A stretch of 64,000 nt of DNA. Source: Naegleria gruberi (lineage: Eukaryota). A model generated the notes under the pieces. It saw only the letters and a program-made list of their open reading frames with translations. It searched no databases and was not told the DNA's origin. Position 1 is the first letter of the stretch. Each line of letters opens with the position of its first letter. Positions 1 to 10,376 of the stretch are shown here, piece after piece. The DNA lies in assembly GCA_000004985.1 (NCBI GenBank), contig GG738845.1; one strand, given 5' to 3'. Both the position numbers and the translations under genes were made by a program.

Positions 1-1468
1 CACAGAATTTTTCTACACCCTCAACACTTGAAAAATATTTTGCTGTCAGAATCAGATTACCATCATAAAGAGGATTACGAATATCCTTCTCGAGAGGAGT
101 TTCTCCCAATTGAGAAACTCTTAAATCTTCAAGAGAATATGACTTTTCTCTTAAGTACTCCTTAACAGCGATATATGTATCACATACTAATCTACCAGCA
201 AGAGACTCTTTTTCAGATTTGGTAGACTCATTCATACCTCCTGGCAATGGTTGAAGCATAGGATATCGACTTAATCTCAATCTGCCAACACGAGACCACA
301 AAACTCCATCTGTTCCCTTAAGAGCTTTCCAACGTTGCAATATAATATCAAGTTCAAAACTAAGGAAGCTGTGTCCAATATACATATCTGGGTCGTACTG
401 TTGAATTTGAGCCATCAAACGATTAATGAGGGATGTTTCATTAAATTCTAGTTCTATTCCATTAGAGTCAACTGAATTGTCATCAACTTTTCTGGCAACA
501 ATGAACTTCTTTCGTTGACTTTGCTGACCGGTAAAAGAATACTCTTGAAGTATGCAACAAACAGCAACTATTTCGTTAACTTTCTTTTCTTCGTTGTGGA
601 TAGTTTTAACTTTCAATGACATTAAAACCAATGGAGGTGGTGATCTATCATCATTGATAACAGAAATATTTGTTGGTTCATCTGTACTAACTTCAAATTT
701 ACACCAACTCAATTGACCGGATGATTTGACATGGAATTTTTGAATAGAAAGCCATGAAGGTCCCATCAACTTTCTTTTCAAAATAAATTCTTCCAATCCA
801 CTAGTAGTTGCGTGGAAAACCTTGCTGAATAACTTAGAACCTCTAAACTCTTGTAAATGTGGTTTTAAATTCTTAACATCAAATATAACAACTTTAACCA
901 TGGTAATGCTCTTGTTGTATGGTACATCAGCATCCTCAAATATGTATTTTCTTTCCTTGAATTTAAAACCAAATTTCTCTGGTGAAATTTTCAATACTTC
1001 AGATAATTCTTCTTGTATTCTTGATTCTTGTTCTTGATTGACAAGTTTTGCCTCTATTGGCTCACGAGGAAGAAAATAGATAGTTTTTTGTACTTTTTCA
1101 AGTCTGACACAGCAACTGGCGTAATTATTTGGAAGGGTTTCGATTTTACCAAACAAAATAATTCTACCATCAAGTTCACAAGAATCAACAAAATAAAAAT
1201 CCAGTTTGCTCTTTCCTTCTAAAGAAAATCCCACTGTCTGATTCTTGATGAATTGGTCCTGTTGTTCGATGAAGGGAATTTTGCTTTTAAAATCATCAGG
1301 AAGTATTGAAATTTCTTTCACATCACCCGATTTTGTACTACTAAATAATTTATGTCTCTTTTGTTGAGGGGAGGCTGATATTTCATCCTCATCGCTCATG
1401 GCAGAGGTGTTTACATCAAAATCTTCCTCTTGCTCACTGTCACTTTCTTCGTGTGAACGTCTTTTCAT
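1..1468 (-). CDS. POLA1: DNA polymerase alpha catalytic subunit, N-terminal ~490 aa including the exonuclease-like region; the gene continues past the left edge of the window
   Basis: A continuous minus-strand reading frame begins at the ATG around 1466-1468 with MKRRSHEESDSEQEEDF. It contains GHSFLSFELDIILQRWKALKGTDGVLWSRVGRLRLSRYPML...GRLVCDTYIAVKEYLREKSYSLEDL, which aligns with the human POLA1 region [40 protein letters not shown]...[25 protein letters not shown]. The + strand track ORFs 822..1222 lie antisense inside this frame and are spurious. Confidence 0.8.
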   Translation of the reverse strand, partial: MKRRSHEESDSEQEEDFDVNTSAMSDEDEISASPQQKRHKLFSSTKSGDVKEISILPDDFKSKIPFIEQQDQFIKNQTVGFSLEGKSKLDFYFVDSCELDGRIILFGKIETLPNNYASCCVRLEKVQKTIYFLPREPIEAKLVNQEQESRIQEELSEVLKISPEKFGFKFKERKYIFEDADVPYNKSITMVKVVIFDVKNLKPHLQEFRGSKLFSKVFHATTSGLEEFILKRKLMGPSWLSIQKFHVKSSGQLSWCKFEVSTDEPTNISVINDDRSPPPLVLMSLKVKTIHNEEKKVNEIVAVCCILQEYSFTGQQSQRKKFIVARKVDDNSVDSNGIELEFNETSLINRLMAQIQQYDPDMYIGHSFLSFELDIILQRWKALKGTDGVLWSRVGRLRLSRYPMLQPLPGGMNESTKSEKESLAGRLVCDTYIAVKEYLREKSYSLEDLRVSQLGETPLEKDIRNPLYDGNLILTAKYFSSVEGVEKFC

Positions 1469-1489
1469 TTTTTTTAACTGATTCTTTTA

Positions 1490-1520
1490 AAAGTGTGGCG
1501 GGAAAAATGTGGCGCCAAGT
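1490..1520. promoter_or_regulatory. Pair of E2F-like binding motifs (GTGGCGGGAAAAA and TGGCGCCAAG) 25-55 bp upstream of the DNA polymerase alpha start codon
   Basis: The sequence aagtGTGGCGGGAAAAAtgTGGCGCCAAGttt matches the E2F/DP consensus TTTSSCGC, which is typically found at DNA-replication gene promoters. A near-identical TTTGGCGGGAAAAAA occurs at 21409-21426. Confidence 0.5.
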
Positions 1521-1675
1521 TTGTTGTAAAACAAAGCAGCACTTTAAAAGACTTTACACTAATTGGAAAATTGAATAATTATAAGCAAATTCTTTAAAAG
1601 TAAAATATGATATCTGATTCTTGTACGTTATCTTGAAGTTTTTAGAGCAATCTTAAGGCATTCTAACAGAAAAAA

Positions 1676-2758
1676 ATGGAAGATCAAGCCGAAACTTCAC
1701 TGCACTATTTTGAATTTCAATCTCCTCTAAATAACAATAACTCTTTGACATTTGTTGATATGACAAAAGATGTTGCTTTCAAAATTAAGTACGAAGGACA
1801 TAAATGTTTAAAAGTTAACAAACACTTTAGAAACAATGAGCTTTTTCAAAATAACTTCTTTGTCTTTAAGAATGAAGATTCCAACGATTCAAGCTCATTT
1901 CCGCAACAAGAATGTGAAGATTTTAATATCTTAGAACCATCAGCCAATCAACTTGAAGGAGTATCAAGTATTTGTACACAAAGACAGAAGCAAAAGTCTT
2001 TCGATGAATCGAAACCTTCTCAAGAGAAGCCTTGTTCGTTTACATTCATTAGTTCTTCCCCTCACAACAATTTTACTGCCAATTACAATACATCCTTTGA
2101 AAAGCAGGCCTCAAAGAAAAGAAAGCAACAGTCCTTCAAGAATCAAGTTGAAACCTCTCCAAAAAAAAGGAAGAAAAGAAGAAATAGTGTGCATGCTGCT
2201 TCTGATCATTCAACCAAAGATAATAGAAAAAGAAACAGAGCTGGAAGTTTGGACTCTTCTACTTTCTATTCAATTGACCAAATTAATTCTTGCACATTTC
2301 CAGAAGATGAAGCTAATTTAGATAGCTCATACACAGATTTGAGAGAAGATCATGGTTTAATTTATTCACTCCTATTTCCCACTCAGCAAGAAAATGTCAC
2401 AGAAGATCATTTCCTTCCAAACACTCCTTCAATTCAACAGAACGTCGATCTCAATTTTAATGAAATTGATGAATTATTGAATGACTTTTCCATGGTGTCA
2501 GAATTGACCCTGTCTTCTAATGAACAATCTCTTCATTCTATTGATAACAATCTCATTGAAGAAGCTACTGAACTCAAAATACTGAATTCAGACGAAGAAT
2601 TCTGTGGTGATACTCTTATTGATTTTCAGCACGGCGAGGAAATAATTGAATCCATCAACAATTTACCACCACTCTTCGATATTCAATCAGACTTAATTGA
2701 AGAGCACGATATTTCTGATCTAGATACTCTCTTTGCAAATATTGAAAATAGTTTATAA
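1676..2758 (+). CDS. Hypothetical acidic protein with a basic NLS-like stretch (SPKKRKKRRNS) and an acidic C-terminus; possible nuclear or transcription-associated protein
   Basis: 360-aa ORF starting at an ATG in an AAAAAATGG context. The composition is low-complexity Ser/Asn/Asp/Glu-rich and I do not recognise a family. Confidence 0.45.
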   Translation: MEDQAETSLHYFEFQSPLNNNNSLTFVDMTKDVAFKIKYEGHKCLKVNKHFRNNELFQNNFFVFKNEDSNDSSSFPQQECEDFNILEPSANQLEGVSSICTQRQKQKSFDESKPSQEKPCSFTFISSSPHNNFTANYNTSFEKQASKKRKQQSFKNQVETSPKKRKKRRNSVHAASDHSTKDNRKRNRAGSLDSSTFYSIDQINSCTFPEDEANLDSSYTDLREDHGLIYSLLFPTQQENVTEDHFLPNTPSIQQNVDLNFNEIDELLNDFSMVSELTLSSNEQSLHSIDNNLIEEATELKILNSDEEFCGDTLIDFQHGEEIIESINNLPPLFDIQSDLIEEHDISDLDTLFANIENSL

Positions 2759-2899
2759 ATTAAATTCAAGTCAACTTTATGTCAATCTCGTTGTAAATCT
2801 TCAAGTTGTTTTACATGTTCTGCCGTCTCACGTATGACCTGTTTTCAATGAAAGGAGGATATGATGAGTGAGGTTGTGATGATCATTAAAATTCATCAA

Positions 2900-3055
2900 T
2901 TATTCATCATCGGAAAACTCGTCATCGCTGTCACCATCACTATCATCATTATCGAGGCCATTACCATCCTTAGCATCCTTTTTTCTATCTTCTTCAGCCA
3001 ATTTTTCTGCTTCTCTCATAATATTATGTTGTTTTCTAAGACTCATTGTACTCAT
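2900..3055 (-). CDS. Possible small (51 aa) acidic protein MSTMSLRKQHNIMREAEKLAEEDRKKDAKDGNGLDNDDSDGDSDDEFSDDE
   Basis: Minus-strand ATG-initiated ORF found by hand; it is not in the track because the track lists the longer antisense + ORF 2861..3094. It has a charged, coiled N-terminal half and an acidic tail, and no recognisable family. Confidence 0.3.
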   Translation of the reverse strand: MSTMSLRKQHNIMREAEKLAEEDRKKDAKDGNGLDNDDSDGDSDDEFSDDE

Positions 3056-3099
3056 TTGTCTTTCCAACTAAATATTTCCACAATAATAGGTTAAATTAT

Positions 3100-3468
3100 T
3101 TAAATTTTGAAACTAACCTCTTCCAAACTTTGAATTTCATCTGCCAATTGTTCATCACCAACTAACTTATCATCATACGACTCACAACATTTGGCACATT
3201 TTTTCTGTTTTTTGGCACAAGCATCACAGATAACGTGATAGGCCAGTGTGATAGTTTTTTGTTGACAAACATTACATCTTCTTGGTTGTGTTAGTGGTTT
3301 ATACTTTCTGTAAGCTTTCTTCCATTCAATAATGTCGTGACATCTTTTACAAAGTCCAACATTCGGAGTAGAAAGAATTTTAGCAGTTAATTTAGAAGCC
3401 TTGTTGTGTTTGAAAGCATAATCGTTTTGGTGGCGAGGTTTTGGACCATCTCTTCTGATTTGTGTCAT
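3100..3468 (-). CDS. C9orf85-like (DUF2039) zinc-binding protein
   Basis: MTQIRRDGPKPRHQNDYAFKHNKASK...CKRCHDIIEWKKAYRKYKPLTQPRRCNVCQQKTITLAYHVICDACA matches the C9orf85 family pattern of a basic N-terminus followed by CxRC...EW+.KY.KYKPL..P.+C..C..K.....YH..C..C. I placed the start at the second Met; the track ORF begins at an upstream Met (3501). Confidence 0.6.
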   Translation of the reverse strand: MTQIRRDGPKPRHQNDYAFKHNKASKLTAKILSTPNVGLCKRCHDIIEWKKAYRKYKPLTQPRRCNVCQQKTITLAYHVICDACAKKQKKCAKCCESYDDKLVGDEQLADEIQSLEEVSFKI

Positions 3469-3534
3469 TTTTATTAATATCGCAAATTGCTCATTTACCA
3501 AACATCAACTCAACAAGAATGATGAAGAAAAAAA

Positions 3535-4788
3535 ATGCTTTCTCGTTATTGTTCCGATAACAATGAACTAGAAAATAAAATAGTTGAAGGAAATAACCAT
3601 CTCGATAACAAATCATACCAGTTGGCTTTAGATTGTTTTAACAAATCATTAATTTTATATAATGATCATGTAGAAACAAGAAAATCTAATCCAATAACAA
3701 GTCCATCTTTTACGGCAACAACACTCTTGGCTGTTATTTACTACAAGGTTGGACTTGGTCACTTTTATTTAGATCAACAAGAACAAGCTATTCCGTATTT
3801 TGAAAAAGCAATTGAAAGCGATCCTACTGGATATGCCAATGCCTGTACAATGCTATTTAACTCATTATGGAAATTGAACAGTTGTGTTTATGCAATAATG
3901 GTTGTTCATGATTTTTTAAATAACTTCCCTCAAAAGAGGAAAGCTATTGAACCTATTTTGAATAATTTGAGAGAATCAAAGTTTTGGTATTTAGATCCAA
4001 GACTAAGAATTGTAAAATTGTCTCATGATAATTATTGTGTACAAGCTATTGAGGATATACCTGTTGAGGAAGTAATTAAAATTTATGATGAGAATGGAGA
4101 AAGAGAGGAATATAGAGGTGTCACAATTGTAAAAGATTCATTACTCTGTCATGATCAATTTATTACAGGTGCATGCTTATCATCAGATGAGAGTATTGTT
4201 ACTGTTGGTATTACTCTCAAACATTTGATTCAGAATTTAAAGAAATTCCAGAATGCATTGAGAGGATTACATCCTAGAAAAATTGATGAGGCTCCTAAAA
4301 TTTTTGACAAAGAATGGAGAGAATTCTTTTTCGAACATTTACAACTCGTAAAACAAAATATTGGTATAAAGGAGGAATTTGAAGGTATGTCACTGGAAGA
4401 AATTGAATATCTTGAAAACGACAAGGAAAGGCTTGAGGAAGTACTCAGACTTACCATGGCTATCAAATTGAATGGTTTTGTAGGAGGTGTGTATGGTTTG
4501 GCGTGCCTTTTCAATCATTCTTGTGAGGAAAATTGTGAGAAAATAGATGAAAAAATCGTAACAACCAGAAATATTAAGGCAGGAGATTTTGTTTGTTTAA
4601 ATTATATGGGATTTGATGATACATTGGGAAACAGAAGAAAGTATTTGATGGAACACTTTGCCTTTGAATGTGAATGTTCTAGATGTCAAAGAGAAATAAT
4701 GGCAGGTATGTCTCTAGACGCTGATGAAGAAGCAGATGATGTTATGGAAGAGCAAGAAGTTACAGTGACAGAAAAGGATTTGGAATAA
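3535..4788 (+). CDS. SET-domain lysine methyltransferase, SMYD-like, with an N-terminal TPR-like region
   Basis: The C-terminal region carries FNHSCEENC...GDFVCLNYMG...FAFECECSRCQ, which covers the NHSC and post-SET FxCxCxxC signatures. The first 150 aa are TPR-like. Confidence 0.55.
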   Translation: MLSRYCSDNNELENKIVEGNNHLDNKSYQLALDCFNKSLILYNDHVETRKSNPITSPSFTATTLLAVIYYKVGLGHFYLDQQEQAIPYFEKAIESDPTGYANACTMLFNSLWKLNSCVYAIMVVHDFLNNFPQKRKAIEPILNNLRESKFWYLDPRLRIVKLSHDNYCVQAIEDIPVEEVIKIYDENGEREEYRGVTIVKDSLLCHDQFITGACLSSDESIVTVGITLKHLIQNLKKFQNALRGLHPRKIDEAPKIFDKEWREFFFEHLQLVKQNIGIKEEFEGMSLEEIEYLENDKERLEEVLRLTMAIKLNGFVGGVYGLACLFNHSCEENCEKIDEKIVTTRNIKAGDFVCLNYMGFDDTLGNRRKYLMEHFAFECECSRCQREIMAGMSLDADEEADDVMEEQEVTVTEKDLE

Positions 4789-4797
4789 ACTCACATT

Positions 4798-5095
4798 TTA
4801 CTTTAGAAACAGTGTTACAAAATGCAAAGGATTATTTAGATCTCTCCAATCAGAATTTACAAAATTAAAAGTGGAAACAAGACAGTGACTGGTTTTAAGG
4901 ACTGTTGAATATTCAATCCAAATTGGGATTGATTTGAAAGCAGAACCGCCACCTCCTTTTGCTTCAGGTTCCTTGTTGAACAATTTCACTATATCAACAT
5001 TTGTACTTGTAATAGAAANNNNNNNNNNNNNNNNNNNNNNNNNNNNNNNNNNNNNNNNNNNNNNNNNNAATTGTTTTAAAATCCGACTTTGTCAT
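4798..5095 (-). CDS. Possible Tctex-1 family dynein light chain, interrupted by the assembly gap at 5019-5068
   Basis: The minus-strand frame ...IVKLFNKEPEAKGGGGSAFKSIPIWIEYSTVLKTSHCLVSTFNFVNSDWRDLNNPLHFVTLFLK* resembles the DYNLT C-terminal pattern (G.G...W..D.....W.N...C.V..F). A candidate ATG (MTKSDFKTI) lies on the other side of the N-run. The model is tentative. Confidence 0.3.
5019..5068. other. Assembly gap (50 N)
   Basis: Run of N characters. Confidence 1.
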
Positions 5096-5390
5096 GAAAG
5101 ATATCCAAGCAAATAATAATTCCAATATTCACAATCAGAAAATTTTTTCACTTCACAGTTTCGAGAAAGAGGATCACTGTTTAGGGATTCTATGAATTTT
5201 GCAAAGGTGGGATCGGAAGTTTTTGTTGGTGTGGTTAGAATATCTGTTAGTTGCATTTTTTTGGCAATGGTTTTTTAATTTATTGTTGTAACGTTTTAAA
5301 ATAGTTCCAACTATTTCTAAATTGTAATAATCTTTTACAAGAATCTCATTAAATAACTCATAGTCAGTCTGTAAATGTTGAAAAATCCAC

Positions 5391-6070
5391 TTAAAGGCCA
5401 GCCCCCATTCTGTCAACATCCTATGAAATTGATAAAGAAAATGTTCAATATGAAAAAAACCTACTGGAAGTCTTTCAACAGTGTATTGTCTACTTCTTAT
5501 GTACATTAGAGGAACGCCAGGAATTTTTCTTAATCTTCTTTTTAAATCCTTGTCACAAGTTCCAACAATATAAACAGGATTGGCACTAACTCTATTCACA
5601 ATACAATCGTCAGCATAACAACCCTTGTGTGTGCATTTTAGTCTAACAAAACGAGGATCTTTAGCAGCTCGGAGAGCTACTTTAAACTTTGGTCCAAGTT
5701 TCTCCAATTCTGCAATGACACAATCTGTGATACAAGGAATGCATTTAGCATAAAGACAATCCATACCAGCTTTGATAATGTCAAGTTTGTTTTGGATTGA
5801 AAAGTTAATAAAGTTGGTATCTAGAAGAATTCTGTATGGAGGTCCAAGGGCTTCGTTATGAGAGAAAAACATGCTGCTGACTTGTTGTGGTTTGTGTGTA
5901 ATCATTGGTTTAATTTTGCTTTGTTCCTTTTTTAAAATTTCCTCTTTCACTTGTTTTTTAATTCCTGTTGCTTTATTCCAAGTCTTGTTTTTTTCTATTG
6001 TTCTTGATGAAATCAACTTTTTGCGGAGTTTAGATCCAACGCTCACTTTCTTATTCTTTGAGACGACCAT
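5391..6070 (-). CDS. FCF1: rRNA-processing protein FCF1 (PIN-domain nuclease). Two exons: 6070..5465 and 5420..5391, with a roughly 44-nt GTAGGT...CATAG intron at about 5421..5464
   Basis: [22 protein letters not shown]...[22 protein letters not shown]+[26 protein letters not shown]...[26 protein letters not shown] is nearly identical to human FCF1. The track ORF 5174..6070 reads through the intron; splicing gives the expected short C-terminus [13 protein letters not shown] (human ERMPDDYGAPRF). Confidence 0.85.
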
Positions 6071-6113
6071 TGCTATTGTTGTGCTATTTTTTTTTTGAAT
6101 TTTATCAATAAAT

Positions 6114-8429
6114 TTGAAGTTGTACCAATTCCCTCCAATTTTAAATACGTTTTTAATTAATCAAAAAATGACAAAGAGTGGATGGAAGGCTAATCCAGAC
6201 TTTTTCAAACAACAACAAAACAATAATGATATACAGGTTTTTGTTGGAAAACGACCTACTACAAGCAATATTGCTTCATCATCTACAAAAATACAACAAG
6301 TATCCACAAGACCTTCAACAAGTATTCAACCGGAAGAGACAAAACTTTCATCAAGATTATTAAGTAACAAATCAAAACCAAGAAAAGAGCCAATACCCCC
6401 ACAACAGGAGTCATTATACGAGATGACAAAGTATTTAAACAAACAGACGAGGGATATTTACAATAATGAAGATAGTTTTCAGCTTGATGACTCAGATTCA
6501 CGACTTTTCAAGCCTGCCAGGCAACATACTCTACATATGGATGATTTAGAGGACTCTTTCAATGAAAGTGACACACAAGAGCAAGAAGATGAGTATGATC
6601 CGAGGAGCCCACAATCAATACATGAATCTCCAATTAAAAAACCACTTCCTTCCCATAGAAGATCATTATCGGCTAGAATGCTTCCTAATATGGGAAGGGG
6701 GTTTGCTACCACAAAAAGAGAAGAGTCAGAAGAAGACTCTCCCATTAAGGAGCAATTGAGAGAAGAAGTAATACCAAAAAGAAAGGCTCCTAGGTACCCT
6801 TCATCTCTTTTAAATAAGAACACTAACTCAGAGCAAGTAATGGAAGAAATTACTCCTTCAAATGCTCAATTAAGAAAATCACAGGAAGAAATAACCAAAC
6901 TTTCAGGAGAAGTTACCTTCCTAAGGAAAGAAAAGGCAGAACAATCAAAAAGTCACAACGAAAAAGTAAGATCGCTGCAGGAAAGACACACTGAAGAGCT
7001 TCAAATTCAACAAAAGCGATTTGAAACCATTCTTGGGGATAAGGAAACTAGAATAACTGATCTTCAACGTGAAAATGAAAGATTGAGAGAACAACTTGGT
7101 GTCATCGATAGGAGCAAAGATGGGCAGGATACGAATAAGTTATTAAATGATTTGGATAATAAGCGGAAATCAATAGCTAATATGGAAAATGAGAAGATGG
7201 TGTTGATGGATCAAATAGAAAAAATGAAATATGATCTGGGAGAATGCACTAGACAATTAAAAGAAAGTGAAGCCAAAATAAGGAACAAAGAGGAAACATT
7301 AAATGGGTTGTCAAACAAGATTGAAACTCAAGAAAAGGAGATTAAAAATTTAAAAGAAAGAGAATTTAAGGAAATTAATGAGCGAGAAAAGGCTTTAGCC
7401 ATGTACACTGAGAGCGACAAGACCAATCAACAACTTCAAGAAAAATTGAAGAACTTGGAATTCCAATCTAAACAAATTCAAAGAGAGAATGAGATTCTCT
7501 CTCAAAGATATAATTCTATAGAAACAACAAAGATTCAACTTGAAAAAACCAATGACCAATTAAGGGCTAAAATTCAAATTACTGAGGAAGAGTTAAATCA
7601 CAATTCTCAAGAGCAATCAATATTTCATCAAGATAGAGAACAATACCAACTCAATAAGCAAAGATCTCAACAGGAGTTGGAAAATTGTAGAAGAGAAATA
7701 CTACACCTTCGTGAAACAATTAACATTCTCAAGAATGAAAAATCTACTCACTCCAACAGTTACATGATAAAAAGTGTAAATGACCATGCCTCCTTTCCAA
7801 TTAATGATATTGAAAACAATACTCCAAACTATACCTACCACCAATCGAACTTGAATTACAACAGGAAAAATACAAACATTCCATTATCTTCATACTCAAC
7901 TCAGAGTTTAATTGGAAATGAAGCAACAACTTCATTTACAGGTACCTCCACAAATACTAACGCTAGAGAAGCTAGTCATTATGATTATGCTGCTAGAGAC
8001 CAAAATCTTCAGCGAACCCAAAATCTCCAAAATAATCGATATCAACAACCAGAAATAAGCAAAGAACATGCAATTGTTGATACCCCAAAACAAAGTGCCA
8101 CTACTGCGAAAGTAATGTCTATCATCAACAGAGAAAGCCCAAAAGAGAGGCAGTACAATAGAAACAAAATTATGGGTACTTCATACAGCCTTACTCCTTT
8201 CGCGCTGGATGATAATATTTCAAGTTTACAAACAGCTAACATTGATGAACAGTTAATGCAACTCTCTCTCGAAAAAACAAGATTAGAAGGTGATATGCAA
8301 AAGCTATTTTCAATGGGGATAAAGAGTATTGCAGCTAAAAAACAAAAAATGAGCTTGGAGCTAAGGTTAGAAGAAATTGAAAAACAAAGCTCCCAGCTTA
8401 AAATGAGATTGAGGAATATGAATTACTAA
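6114..8429 (+). CDS. Long coiled-coil protein with a Ser/Thr-rich N-terminus (about 770 aa); the true ATG is probably MTKSG at about 6168
   Basis: There are heptad-rich segments across residues 250-520 ([35 protein letters not shown]...). The track start is TTG. I recognise no catalytic domain. Confidence 0.5.
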   Translation: MKLYQFPPILNTFLINQKMTKSGWKANPDFFKQQQNNNDIQVFVGKRPTTSNIASSSTKIQQVSTRPSTSIQPEETKLSSRLLSNKSKPRKEPIPPQQESLYEMTKYLNKQTRDIYNNEDSFQLDDSDSRLFKPARQHTLHMDDLEDSFNESDTQEQEDEYDPRSPQSIHESPIKKPLPSHRRSLSARMLPNMGRGFATTKREESEEDSPIKEQLREEVIPKRKAPRYPSSLLNKNTNSEQVMEEITPSNAQLRKSQEEITKLSGEVTFLRKEKAEQSKSHNEKVRSLQERHTEELQIQQKRFETILGDKETRITDLQRENERLREQLGVIDRSKDGQDTNKLLNDLDNKRKSIANMENEKMVLMDQIEKMKYDLGECTRQLKESEAKIRNKEETLNGLSNKIETQEKEIKNLKEREFKEINEREKALAMYTESDKTNQQLQEKLKNLEFQSKQIQRENEILSQRYNSIETTKIQLEKTNDQLRAKIQITEEELNHNSQEQSIFHQDREQYQLNKQRSQQELENCRREILHLRETINILKNEKSTHSNSYMIKSVNDHASFPINDIENNTPNYTYHQSNLNYNRKNTNIPLSSYSTQSLIGNEATTSFTGTSTNTNAREASHYDYAARDQNLQRTQNLQNNRYQQPEISKEHAIVDTPKQSATTAKVMSIINRESPKERQYNRNKIMGTSYSLTPFALDDNISSLQTANIDEQLMQLSLEKTRLEGDMQKLFSMGIKSIAAKKQKMSLELRLEEIEKQSSQLKMRLRNMNY

Positions 8430-9772
8430 TTTATTGATCCGCTTTGATAATTTGGGAAGGATTGGAAATTCTCATCATCAACATAAACATTTTCATCAAT
8501 TTCAGTAGGTTTCCTTCTCTTATTCTTTTTAATATTAGTCATTAAAGTTTGAATTCTTTCTTCTTCATTTTCTTCAGAAGGATCAAATACTCTGTCAATT
8601 GCAATTATATGAGCAGAAGGAGAAGAGGTCACATTGCCTGCATTATTATTCGCTTCTGTTTCAAGAGTAATTTGCTCATAAACTGATCTATTCAAATTGC
8701 CATCTAGGAATGTAAAATATAATACTGGTCCAAAAAGGGCAAAATAAAGTACCCTAGATGACATTGTAAAACAAATTCCAACGCTTTGACATGTTAGTAA
8801 TAGTACACCTCCAACGAAATTTACAGAATGTAGTGTCATTAAAAATAATATGTACAAATAAAATGATTTCCTCTGAGGAACTCTATCCTTCATAAATCCT
8901 ATACACGGTAAAATGATAATAACAATATACATAATGGTAAATAATCCTCTCACAATAGTTTCTTGTAGGGCTGATTCGAGAACATTTGTTGTCATAATTG
9001 ATGGAAAACCTGTTTCATTATAGAAAGGAAATATGAACATTACTGAAACAGCAGCTGCATTATCTAAAACAGAGACTAGTCCAGCAATAATTGCACTTCT
9101 AACTAAAACTTTAAGATTACTCAGTGATGCTATCAATTTTCTTGGAGAGAAATGATGCATCATATATACTACAACACAAAGTTCAATAAATTCCATCAAT
9201 AGATTAAGTATCGAGAGGCATACCTTTGTTGCAATATCCAACTCATTTGATGGAATGTTTTGAGTAGATATTAAAGAGATATGATTATTAGGATGTGGTG
9301 GTACAGGTTGGGAATTATTTACATTGTACTGATACAAGGGTGAGGTTTGTAAATTTTCTTCAATATAGAAAATATTTTCTCCAATTAATGCAACGCTTGC
9401 TGTTGACAAACACGTGACTAAATGCACTACACATACACACCATACAAATGTATAAAGGGCTGGCAGTAGTAAACTATCCGTTTTCTTTAAAATTTTAACG
9501 GAAATTTTTAATTTAAATAATAAATATAATATAAATATCAAGTTTGGAATTAATGTAATAAAATAATATAAATCTAATCCACCTAAAATTCTTAAAAACA
9601 TAATATCAACACAAAATTCCGATGTTCCTTGGTTGTTGTTGCTAGGAATATTATTAAAAAAAGGACAAACTGGAAGAAAATGATTTCCCGTTGAATGTTT
9701 ATGATGATGATTGTGGTGAGAGTGATTACTTGCAAAAACAAGACCTCCACCTACAGTCTTGTCGATAAGCAT
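8426..9772 (-). CDS. Multi-pass (about 7 TM) membrane protein with a His-rich N-terminus, receptor or transporter-like, family unassigned
   Basis: 448-aa ORF with an ATG start. There are several 20-25-aa hydrophobic segments, and the N-terminus carries SNHSHHNHHHKHS. The stop codon overlaps the stop of the convergent gene 6114..8429. Confidence 0.45.
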   Translation of the reverse strand: MLIDKTVGGGLVFASNHSHHNHHHKHSTGNHFLPVCPFFNNIPSNNNQGTSEFCVDIMFLRILGGLDLYYFITLIPNLIFILYLLFKLKISVKILKKTDSLLLPALYTFVWCVCVVHLVTCLSTASVALIGENIFYIEENLQTSPLYQYNVNNSQPVPPHPNNHISLISTQNIPSNELDIATKVCLSILNLLMEFIELCVVVYMMHHFSPRKLIASLSNLKVLVRSAIIAGLVSVLDNAAAVSVMFIFPFYNETGFPSIMTTNVLESALQETIVRGLFTIMYIVIIILPCIGFMKDRVPQRKSFYLYILFLMTLHSVNFVGGVLLLTCQSVGICFTMSSRVLYFALFGPVLYFTFLDGNLNRSVYEQITLETEANNNAGNVTSSPSAHIIAIDRVFDPSEENEEERIQTLMTNIKKNKRRKPTEIDENVYVDDENFQSFPNYQSGSIN

Positions 9773-9807
9773 TTTTTATTGAAAATGTGCCACTAAAAAT
9801 ACTAAAA

Positions 9808-10374
9808 ATGAAGCCAAACAGAACTCAAAACATTAAGAGGAAACACAACAACTCTCAACCACTACTACTATCATCATCAACTATTAAAAATTTTGAAATA
9901 AGGGACAATTTGTGGACATTAAAAGTATTATATTTCCTTTCATTAATTTATTTTTCTATAATTTCAATTGTTCATATTATTAATGCTCTTTCTGAGATTA
10001 AATTTTTCAAATCATTAGATATTCATGGTGAAATTATTCCGACCCTATTTGATTATCATCCAATACTGAACATTATTTTGTTGTTCGTTTATTTTGGTTT
10101 GATATCATTGAGCACTTTTCACAGTTTGAAATATTCAAGATCTTTGAATCTCTACTTGTTCATTCAATTTGGTTTGATGGGAATGACATTTGTTTGGTTT
10201 TTCTCTTTAATCAATCATGTTTTCTACTACTTTACAAGTTTGGAACATACATACTCCTATTTAACTCTCATTATTTCAAGTGTTTTGAATGGTTATGGTG
10301 TTTTTATTTCATCTATGATAGTTTATTACGGGTACAAACTCAAGAAATCGCTCAGATGTCAAACCTCTAAATAA
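9808..10374 (+). CDS. Small (about 188 aa) 4-TM membrane protein, hypothetical
   Basis: ATG at 9808; the track start at 9787 is GTG. Four hydrophobic helices. The start lies only about 35 bp from the divergent gene starting at 9772. Confidence 0.35.
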   Translation: MKPNRTQNIKRKHNNSQPLLLSSSTIKNFEIRDNLWTLKVLYFLSLIYFSIISIVHIINALSEIKFFKSLDIHGEIIPTLFDYHPILNIILLFVYFGLISLSTFHSLKYSRSLNLYLFIQFGLMGMTFVWFFSLINHVFYYFTSLEHTYSYLTLIISSVLNGYGVFISSMIVYYGYKLKKSLRCQTSK

Positions 10375-10376
10375 AG

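Noticed and set aside
822-1222. Track ORFs 822..1037 and 1028..1222 on the + strand
   Set aside because: They lie antisense within the continuous DNA polymerase alpha reading frame on the minus strand. They are low-complexity AT-rich artefacts.
5174-5390. An apparent ~100-aa C-terminal extension of FCF1 in track ORF 5174..6070
   Set aside because: It results from reading through a 44-nt GTAGGT...CATAG intron. Spliced, FCF1 ends [13 protein letters not shown], which matches orthologues.
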